Positions 30,695 through 38,145 of a DNA stretch of 64,000 bases are shown here, piece by piece. This stretch comes from a virus, in IMG/VR virus record IMGVR_UViG_3300020037_005798, positions 4,764 to 68,763 of that record; one strand, 5' to 3'. Numbering within the stretch: the first letter of the stretch is position 1; each line of letters begins with the position of its first letter. Made by a program: the position numbers and the translations under genes. The notes beneath the pieces were generated by a model, which did no database searches, was not told where the DNA came from, and was given only the letters and a program-made list of their open reading frames with translations.

Positions 30695-30955
30695 TTATTC
30701 TTCTTCTAAACTATATTCAACAATGTTTTCATGTATGTTTAAACATTTCCAGGTAACTTTTCTATAACCATAAAAATCAACTCTATCTCCTTCATTTAAA
30801 TGTATTTCTTGATCTAGTATGATATAAACATTTTGATTTTCTTTATCAAGAATAAATCCTTTAGATTTATATTCCTTTTCATAATAATCAAAACATTCTT
30901 TTAAAGAAGTAGCAGAAGTAAAGATTTCGTTACTAATTTCAAATTTTGTTTTCAT
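30695..30955 (-). CDS. Hypothetical protein
   Basis: 86 aa ORF just downstream of the twister-like RNA. Confidence 0.55.
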   Translation of the reverse strand: MKTKFEISNEIFTSATSLKECFDYYEKEYKSKGFILDKENQNVYIILDQEIHLNEGDRVDFYGYRKVTWKCLNIHENIVEYSLEEE

Positions 30956-30971
30956 AAATTTCTTTATTTAT

Positions 30972-31068
30972 ATTCAATCCCTCTGTATTCAGTTGTAAGG
31001 TAGGTAGTTATTTTATCCTTATCTCAACTGGTCATCCTTGGGAAATGACAATGATACATTGCTTAAAT
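30972..31068 (-). ncRNA. Twister-like self-cleaving ribozyme (copy 1)
   Basis: P1 AUUUAA/UUGAAU, CAA, P2 UGUA/UACA, P4 GUCAU/AUGAC with loop UUCCCAAGG, P5 CAGUUG/CAACUG, GAGGG pseudoknot strand. Confidence 0.75.
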
Positions 31069-31069
31069 T

Positions 31070-31510
31070 CATAAGGGTAAGAAGTGTAATAGCTTTGAGG
31101 GTTAGTCCCCTCTGCTTACATTACACTATACCCTATGTTAAAATCACTTGTCCAAATTCTAGTGGAATAGAATAGCAATACTTAATGCTCTAACTCATTC
31201 TATCTCTACAATAAACACAACTGCTAGTACAGTTTATAATTCTCATACGTTAAACATCGTCTACTCTATGTGAGGGAAATTCCATGAATTATTGTTTATC
31301 TTCAAGCAAGTGATTTATATTATTAAAACAGAAGGTTTGACGTTAGTTACACTCCCACTAGGAACTACACTTATTTATGACGGACTAAACCGCATCCTAA
31401 CTTCTATTTTATATTATTAAACTCTCACAAGGTTGCACCTTGTAGGATTTACTTAGTTGCATAAAATCCTTTTTCTCTACCACTATATCTAATATTAGTG
31501 TAGCCTTGAG
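31070..31510 (-). ncRNA. Second array of structured RNAs (four domains)
   Basis: Long hairpin 31070-31137; AAAUCACUUG/CAAGUGAUUU-closed domain 31141-31316; AAAAUAGAAG/CUUCUGUUUU-closed domain 31325-31410; multi-hairpin domain 31422-31510. Confidence 0.65.
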
Positions 31511-31668
31511 ATTTTAATTCTTCTCTGAGTTCTGATTTAACATTATCTGATAAATCAATAAAAACTGTTTTAGGTGCTGCTTTTCTTGCCATTGTTATTT
31601 AAATTTAATTGTTAATAGTTGAACCCTTTGATTTTTGATCTCAGGGAACAACTAAAAAGACTTTTATT

Positions 31669-32838
31669 TTATTTTATTTTACTAGTTACATATTCAGAAG
31701 CTATATTTCTCATAATACTAAAAGCAATATATTGATTTGTATATCCCCCTTCTGAAGTAGCGTCACGATTAATTAATATTCTGTTTGCTTCCCATCTAAC
31801 TATTGAAAATCTAGTTGTAATAACAGATTTTAAAGGTAAATCAATATTAAATGCTTTAAGCATATAAATTATTTCAGGGAATTTAGCAGAATCATCAGTA
31901 ATAATATAATCTTCTTGAGAATCTGAAGTAATACCATCAATGATTTTTGCTTTAACTAATTGGTCATAAAGATATTCAGGAAGAACATAATCAAAAGTTG
32001 TTGTACCCATAAGACCAGCTAATTTTTGCATTAAAGAGGAGCCAAACTTTTTACCACTAGCAACCATGTCTTTAATAACTTCTAAATTAGATTCAGAAAA
32101 TTTTCTTGGTTTCATATCATTATATCCTGAAGATAAAACAAGGTGCATACATCTATGATCAATACCTTCAGTAATAAAATCTCTCATGGCTTTATCAAAA
32201 TCACTTTCAAGAGCTAATCTGCTTTCATTAATCTCAATATTATTTAAACTAACATCAAAATTAATTTCTTTATTATCATCAGAACATCTAATACCTTGTC
32301 TGTATAAATTAAAACAATCACTACTTCTTTCATACATACTACCTAAAGCATTAGTGAAAATAGGAGTTCTTTCTAAAGCAAAATAATGATCAAAATTTGA
32401 TATTACTCTCTCTAATTCACTATTCATAGGAATATAATAAGTAGTTTTACCATCTTCACCAATCATATCAGGATTAACCAAAGATTTAATTGTACAATTT
32501 CCTTCATCAAGAGCATTAGAAATAGTTTCTCTTAAAGCCATCCAACCAGTCCATTTAGGACCCATATTAGAAGTAATAGATGTATCAATACCATTTACAG
32601 TTAATACTTTAACAGGATTATCTCTGTGAAGTACAACTTTAGTATCTAACTTCATCTCTTCTGTACCTCTAAATACTTTAGGCACACAATTATTTCTAAA
32701 ATACCAAGCTAAACTAAACTTGTTACCACTACCAAATTCACCAATTTTACCTTCAACTCCTCTTTTTGTAGAAGAACCAATAAGTGTTAAATCTTCAGTC
32801 TCAATAAGACCATCGTTTGTTACTTTTAAATAAACCAT
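31669..32838 (-). CDS. GHKL/HATPase-like ATP-binding protein
   Basis: VTNDG, LIGSSTKR, IGEFGSGNKF and LRETISNALDE motifs. Confidence 0.65.
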   Translation of the reverse strand: MVYLKVTNDGLIETEDLTLIGSSTKRGVEGKIGEFGSGNKFSLAWYFRNNCVPKVFRGTEEMKLDTKVVLHRDNPVKVLTVNGIDTSITSNMGPKWTGWMALRETISNALDEGNCTIKSLVNPDMIGEDGKTTYYIPMNSELERVISNFDHYFALERTPIFTNALGSMYERSSDCFNLYRQGIRCSDDNKEINFDVSLNNIEINESRLALESDFDKAMRDFITEGIDHRCMHLVLSSGYNDMKPRKFSESNLEVIKDMVASGKKFGSSLMQKLAGLMGTTTFDYVLPEYLYDQLVKAKIIDGITSDSQEDYIITDDSAKFPEIIYMLKAFNIDLPLKSVITTRFSIVRWEANRILINRDATSEGGYTNQYIAFSIMRNIASEYVTSKIK

Positions 32839-32864
32839 TTCTTTTCTTTTTAGTTATTATTAAT

Positions 32865-32946
32865 TTTAGTCTGATCATCAGTATTCAGTGACTAATCTGA
32901 ATATACAGCTCTCTACATTAACACATATGAGAGAGCTGTTTCACTA
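32865..32946 (-). ncRNA. Hammerhead ribozyme (type II, pseudoknotted)
   Basis: GAAA - stem III CAGCUCUC/GAGAGCUG - UA - stem I UAUUCAG/CUGAAUA - CUGAUGA; loop I UUAGUC pairs with 3' GACUAA; predicted cleavage between 32904 and 32903. Confidence 0.88.
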
Positions 32947-33681
32947 TTTGGAATAATATATTAAAATGATATAAGTATATGAAGTATTAATATTAGACAC
33001 CATTTGTACTTAATGATATGCATAATATTACAGAAGAGAATACCAATTGACTCTAACTACTCTGCTTCTTGGATAAAGCAAATACACAACACACACTTAA
33101 TCACTATCAACACTCCTAATGCTATATTAATTAAACATACAGCATAGGAACATAACGCAAGAATAATACAACAACGAATTAATGGCCATACTTAGCTATT
33201 AGCACCATTCTTATATGCGTTAACTCTTAAAAACGTAACACAAACCTCTTAATCATAAAGAATAATACAAATAATACCCTTTATATAAAGAACAAATAAT
33301 ACAGTAGTATATAGAATAATGTATTTACTAATGCTATATGTTTAGTCTGTTATTACTATTTTTCTTTCTTTTTAGACACTACCACACTATTAGGTGGTGT
33401 ACTCTCCTACAAAAACACACTCAAAAACAACATTTACAACCATTACAATATGTTAAAATATTGCATTATTCATAATTGGGTCAAAAAATATACGGCATAT
33501 TGACAAAACCAATTATGATATTCGCAATGAAACCTCTCAAAAGCTAAGAATGTATCAATATTTGATTAAAAAGTGTAAATCCACAAGAACGTGTTGCAGA
33601 TTTACACCTATATATATATACATCATTAGGACCTTTTAAAAAGCCCACCCAATTGTTCTCTGAACCCACCCTTATATACGA

Positions 33682-33712
33682 AATAACAACACCCTTTTCA
33701 GGGTGTTATTAT
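33682..33712 (-). terminator. Hairpin/terminator after the first leftward gene
   Basis: ATAACAACACCC-TTTTCA-GGGTGTTATTAT. Confidence 0.55.
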
Positions 33713-33720
33713 AGTATCAG

Positions 33721-34200
33721 TTAGTTTCCGAAAGCAATAGTATCTTCCCAAACCAATTGTCTTGGCGCTTTAACTCTCTCTTTGGCCTGTTTAATCAACT
33801 CTTTGGTTACTGTAGAGCCTAAGCCTGTTCCTTCAGCCTCAACTCCTACTACTCTCCGATTGACTGTTTCCATTTTGTCTGTCTCGGTGTTCAATCGTGT
33901 TCTCGTAGTTTCCCAAATCACTCCCGTTAGCAAGATTTCTGTTAATTTGGCCTCAACCTCTTTGGTCGTATCGCAAGCCAAAATCTCTCTACTAATAATG
34001 CCTGAAGCACTATAGACTACTCTATCTCCGTCCTTGTCTATCAGCGCAAGAGCTAATCCTTTCTCGCTGTCTCGACTGATGTTTCTTGCGGAAGCGATTT
34101 CTAATCTTCCTCCCTCACCGATGAAATCAATTACGTTAGCAAATTTCACTAACTTAGATTCTTTCTGTTGTTTGGCCAAAGCCTCTTTGAATAAACTCAT
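33721..34200 (-). CDS. First gene of the leftward arm, hypothetical
   Basis: 159 aa ORF with CpG-rich composition distinct from the rest of the window. Confidence 0.7.
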   Translation of the reverse strand: MSLFKEALAKQQKESKLVKFANVIDFIGEGGRLEIASARNISRDSEKGLALALIDKDGDRVVYSASGIISREILACDTTKEVEAKLTEILLTGVIWETTRTRLNTETDKMETVNRRVVGVEAEGTGLGSTVTKELIKQAKERVKAPRQLVWEDTIAFGN

Positions 34201-34346
34201 GATGTATTGATTTAATTATTAATGTTCATTTTTGTGGCGGGACTATCCCAACCACGTAATTCGTAATAGGGGTTTTTGCTTAGAGTCTACTACTCTCTCA
34301 TCTATAAAAAGGTGGGGGTACTTTTAAAATTTTAATTATTTTTTAT

Positions 34347-34354
34347 TATATTTG
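34347..34354 (+). promoter_or_regulatory. Bacteroidota-type -7 promoter element for the rightward arm
   Basis: TATATTTG 18 nt upstream of ATG 34373. Confidence 0.6.
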
Positions 34355-34372
34355 TAACTAATTTAGTTATTT

Positions 34373-34720
34373 ATGGAAACCAATAAAGTTATTTTACAGA
34401 GATTAAAGAAAAGCTTTCCCACGGAAATAGAGAAAGCAGAAATGTATTTTGGTATTATATCTTCCGTTAATGCCTTGGGTTTATCTACTAGGGAAATTCA
34501 GCTGGTTGCTTTTACTGCGGTTAAAGGGAATATTTCTAATGGTAATGCTAGGGAGGAGTTTTGCAGGATATATGATACTAGTATTCCCACTATTAATAAT
34601 ATTATATCAAAGCTTAAGAGGTTATCTATTTTTGTAAAAGAAAATAAGAAGATTAAGGTTAATCAGAAGTTGGCTTTGGATTTTAAGAAGGAGATTGTTT
34701 TACAGTTTAATATGGAGTAA
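34373..34720 (+). CDS. Putative winged-HTH DNA-binding protein
   Basis: LSTREIQLV...REEFCRIYDTSIPTINNIISKLKRL HTH-like pattern. Confidence 0.55.
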   Translation: METNKVILQRLKKSFPTEIEKAEMYFGIISSVNALGLSTREIQLVAFTAVKGNISNGNAREEFCRIYDTSIPTINNIISKLKRLSIFVKENKKIKVNQKLALDFKKEIVLQFNME

Positions 34721-35063
34721 TATGGCACTTTCAGTTAAGGATATAATTATTGCAAAGATTTCCTCGGAGGATTCTTTTAATAATAGGTTTGTAGTTCAGA
34801 GGGTTATTGATCATCAGTTTACGGAAGCTAATGAGGCTCTTAATCATAATCATGAGGTTGAGATTTCTGGATTTGGTAAATTTATTTTTAAAGAACAACG
34901 GGCTGTAAAGCTTTTGCCTAATTTGCAAAGAACTGTAGTGGAGTATAATAAGAAGTTAAAGGATCCTGAGTTAGATCATAAGGAAAGGATTAATCTTAAT
35001 AAGAGGATAGTTACTATTAATGGGGTTATAAAGTATTTAATCAATAAATTGGAAAATAAATGA
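34695..35063 (+). CDS. HU/IHF-like protein (start probably MALSVK)
   Basis: EVEISGFGKF signature. Confidence 0.6.
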   Translation: MFYSLIWSNMALSVKDIIIAKISSEDSFNNRFVVQRVIDHQFTEANEALNHNHEVEISGFGKFIFKEQRAVKLLPNLQRTVVEYNKKLKDPELDHKERINLNKRIVTINGVIKYLINKLENK

Positions 35064-35302
35064 GTTTATCAGAAATGTTGGAAGGTTGGAAAAATAACCT
35101 TTTGCCAAAGGAGGAAATGAAAACGCTTATTGAAGCGGTTCACTCTGAAAGAATAGCAATCTGTGAGGCATGTGAATTTCATTCTAAGAATCATTTGTCT
35201 ATAAGACCAGATGTACATTGTACGAATTGTGGGTGTACGCTGGCTGCTAAGACACGGTGTTTATCTTGTAGTTGTCCAATAAATAAATGGGAAAAAAAAT
35301 GA
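35060..35302 (+). CDS. Cys-rich Zn-binding protein
   Basis: R.AICEAC...CTNCGC.L.AKTR....SCP..KW. Confidence 0.7.
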   Translation: MSLSEMLEGWKNNLLPKEEMKTLIEAVHSERIAICEACEFHSKNHLSIRPDVHCTNCGCTLAAKTRCLSCSCPINKWEKK

Positions 35303-35511
35303 GTGTAAAAGCAGTTGCAGTAAAGGTTCCGCTACGGGGCTTGATAGCTTCTCTAAAAGAAATGGAGAAGAGAGGGTTGTTTTTTGTGGATGTTCATGTT
35401 CATGAGGATACAGATAAGGATGAAGACAGTTTGTTTATTATTGGAAGAGATGAGTACTTAGTAGATGATGAAGATGATAGAGCTGAAACAAATTTTGAAG
35501 ATTTAATATAA
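35287..35511 (+). CDS. Hypothetical acidic protein
   Basis: 74 aa ORF. Confidence 0.5.
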   Translation: MGKKMSVKAVAVKVPLRGLIASLKEMEKRGLFFVDVHVHEDTDKDEDSLFIIGRDEYLVDDEDDRAETNFEDLI

Positions 35512-35529
35512 ACTTTAAAAATAATAAAA

Positions 35530-35796
35530 ATGGAAAATAATTTAACCACAGAAAATGATTGTATTGGTATACAAACTTTTTTAGATGAAACTGTTGATGA
35601 GTGGGAGATCATAAAAAATCAATATGATCTTGTATTTAAAGATAAGAAAAGGCTTCTTGTAATAAGAGAATTTATAGTACAACAATTGCATGAGGTAGAT
35701 TCTGCTCTCACCACTGTAAACATTTCTATAAATAGACTTGATGATCGTTATAGTAAATATAAAGAGAATGCTTTAAATAACAAAGATTTTGAATAA
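35530..35796 (+). CDS. Hypothetical protein
   Basis: 88 aa ORF. Confidence 0.5.
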   Translation: MENNLTTENDCIGIQTFLDETVDEWEIIKNQYDLVFKDKKRLLVIREFIVQQLHEVDSALTTVNISINRLDDRYSKYKENALNNKDFE

Positions 35797-36128
35797 TGGC
35801 AGTAAAGAAAACTACATATACGGAAATTGAGTTGGAATGGGCTGAACAACAGTTGGCTTCTTGGAAACAATATGTTGATGCTAATCCTATGCATGAGTTA
35901 AAAGATAGGATTGAGTGGAAACCTACAGCTAAAGGTGGTTTACTTCCAATGGTGATTGCAAGCATTGAATCTCAAGGGAAGTTCATTCAGGAGACGATGA
36001 AGAATTATTTGGCTCTTTTGGAACAGGTAGAAAGGCTACGGGAAAAAGAAGAGACAAAAAAGGTAGCGGTTAGGGGTGATGTTCAGCTTGGTAGTATGGC
36101 TGATGAATTTCTTAAAGGAAGAAAATAA
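35796..36128 (+). CDS. Putative terminase small subunit
   Basis: 110 aa helical ORF coupled (TAATG) directly to terL; positional inference. Confidence 0.45.
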   Translation: MAVKKTTYTEIELEWAEQQLASWKQYVDANPMHELKDRIEWKPTAKGGLLPMVIASIESQGKFIQETMKNYLALLEQVERLREKEETKKVAVRGDVQLGSMADEFLKGRK

Positions 36129-38143
36129 TGAAATTACATAATATCACATTTAAGGATTGGTTTATAAACCAAAAGAGAGTTCCAACAGAGGATTCTGAAG
36201 AGTATAAAGCTTTTTATAATTTTCAAAGGGAACTATGTATGAATGGGGCAATGATGGATGGACAGTTTATAAACCCATTTTTAATGTGGCATTTAAACTT
36301 TTGGAATACTGAAGTTGACATTATAGATGATTATGGTAGAATTAATCAGAAGTATGCTAACCCTTTACTAAGAGATAATGAATGGTTAGTGACTAATGAG
36401 ATTGATAGAGCTCATAAAGAAAAGAAAGGATTAGTTATTCTTGGGATAAGAAGGTTTGCTAAGTCAGTATTAGAAGCTAGTTATATTGGGCAGGGGGCTA
36501 CGTTTGATGAGAACTCTCAGAATATTATTGCTGGGTTGAATGCTCCCGATATTAAGTTGATTACTGATAAGATTGACAAAGGATTAAACTTCTTACCTAA
36601 AGCTTGGAGATGGCAAAGGGTAGAGGATAACTGGAAACAACAAGTTACGTTAGGAATAAAAACCAAAGCAGGAGAACGTATTCCTTTTTCACAGATTTTA
36701 ATTAGAAACTTAGATGAAGGGAATAATGAGGAAGCTATTGCAGGAACAAAACCACGTCGTCTTATTATTGATGAGATTGGTAAGGGTAATTTCTTAAGAG
36801 GATTACAAGCAGCTATTCCTGGTTTTACTACTCCTTTTGGATGGGGGTGTTCTCCAATCCTTACAGGTACAGGTGGGGATATGAAAAAGTTTATGGATGC
36901 TAAAGGGCTTATGTTTGATGTTGGTAACTTTAATTTCTTGGAATATAATAATGCCAATGATACTAAAAGAGTTCATGGTTTATTTATTAGCCATAAATTT
37001 AGAATGGAAGCTAAAGAAGAGAGTACTCTTGGGGCTTATTTAGATGCTCCTTTAGGGTCTTCTTTACATGAGGTTCCTATGTTAGTTTCTAATGAAGAAT
37101 TAGCTACTAAAATTACAGATGAAAATCTTGAGAAATTAAGAAAAGCAGGGGATAGAATGGCTTATCTTAAAGAGAAGATGTATTATCCTAAAGAAGTAGA
37201 TGATATATTTCTTAATGAAGACACAAATATCTTTGATATTGAGGCAGCTAAAAGACAGAAAGCAAAATTATTATTACAAGAAAGAGTTGGAGTACCTGTA
37301 ATATTGTATGATGATGGTGAAGGAGTTAAACATAATTTTACTGATAAATTACCTTTAACTAATTTTCCTTTGAAGAACTCAGATATGAAAGATGCTCCAG
37401 TAGTTATATATGAATTTCCTATGGAGAATCCACCGTATGGATTATATACAGCAGGAGTTGACCCTTATAGACAGGGAAAAGCTTCTTACTCTACATCTTT
37501 AGGGTCTGTATACATATATAAAAGGATGCATGCCATTAATGGAGATAAATATCAAGATATGTTTGTTGCTAGTTATTGTGCTAGACCTGATGATAAGAAA
37601 ACATGGGAAGAACAAGCAAGACTTTTAATTAAATTTTATAATGCTAGAGCTCTTTGTGAAAATGATGAGATTTCTTTTATAGATTATATGGTTAGTAAGG
37701 GGGATGCTCATTATTTAGAAAGACAGCCAGAATGGTTAAAAGAAATTGTACCAGGAACTACTGTAGCTAGAGAGTTTGGAATACATAGATCTGCTGAAAA
37801 AATTAGAAACTTTCTGCATGGTTGTTTAAAGAAATATACTGAAGACCCAATTTTTACTGAAAAAGATGAAACTGGTGCAATAATTTCTGAAATAAAAGGA
37901 ATGGCAAAAATATTTGACCCTGTTCTTTTAGAAGAAATGATTCAGTATAATGAAGATGGTAACTTTGATAGAATTGTTGCCGCTGAGTTAGCTATAGCAT
38001 TAGCTATGAAAATGGACCCAATTTATGGAAAAATTGGTAATGATGAAGATTCTAGGGTAAAATCTTTAGGAAATAAAAGAAAAAACCCGTTATTTGCAGA
38101 ATCAAATAGAATGTTTAATAAACCTACTCGTAAACTGTTTTAA
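36128..38143 (+). CDS. terL: Terminase large subunit
   Basis: GIRRFAKS (Walker A), IIDEIG, TGTGG, nuclease AGVDPY, END, NFDR. Confidence 0.92.
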   Translation: MKLHNITFKDWFINQKRVPTEDSEEYKAFYNFQRELCMNGAMMDGQFINPFLMWHLNFWNTEVDIIDDYGRINQKYANPLLRDNEWLVTNEIDRAHKEKKGLVILGIRRFAKSVLEASYIGQGATFDENSQNIIAGLNAPDIKLITDKIDKGLNFLPKAWRWQRVEDNWKQQVTLGIKTKAGERIPFSQILIRNLDEGNNEEAIAGTKPRRLIIDEIGKGNFLRGLQAAIPGFTTPFGWGCSPILTGTGGDMKKFMDAKGLMFDVGNFNFLEYNNANDTKRVHGLFISHKFRMEAKEESTLGAYLDAPLGSSLHEVPMLVSNEELATKITDENLEKLRKAGDRMAYLKEKMYYPKEVDDIFLNEDTNIFDIEAAKRQKAKLLLQERVGVPVILYDDGEGVKHNFTDKLPLTNFPLKNSDMKDAPVVIYEFPMENPPYGLYTAGVDPYRQGKASYSTSLGSVYIYKRMHAINGDKYQDMFVASYCARPDDKKTWEEQARLLIKFYNARALCENDEISFIDYMVSKGDAHYLERQPEWLKEIVPGTTVAREFGIHRSAEKIRNFLHGCLKKYTEDPIFTEKDETGAIISEIKGMAKIFDPVLLEEMIQYNEDGNFDRIVAAELAIALAMKMDPIYGKIGNDEDSRVKSLGNKRKNPLFAESNRMFNKPTRKLF

Positions 38144-38145
38144 CA

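Noticed and set aside
31325-31410. Pistol ribozyme
   Set aside because: Hairpin-loop pseudoknot and AAAU linker resemble pistol, but the P2/P3 arrangement and cleavage-site junction are not present
31422-31510. tRNA or twister-sister ribozyme
   Set aside because: No 7-bp acceptor or 7-nt T-loop, and the twister-sister GCUCA-type internal loop is missing
30960-31520. CRISPR array
   Set aside because: Only two 14-nt AT-rich repeats, units of unequal length, and no cas genes
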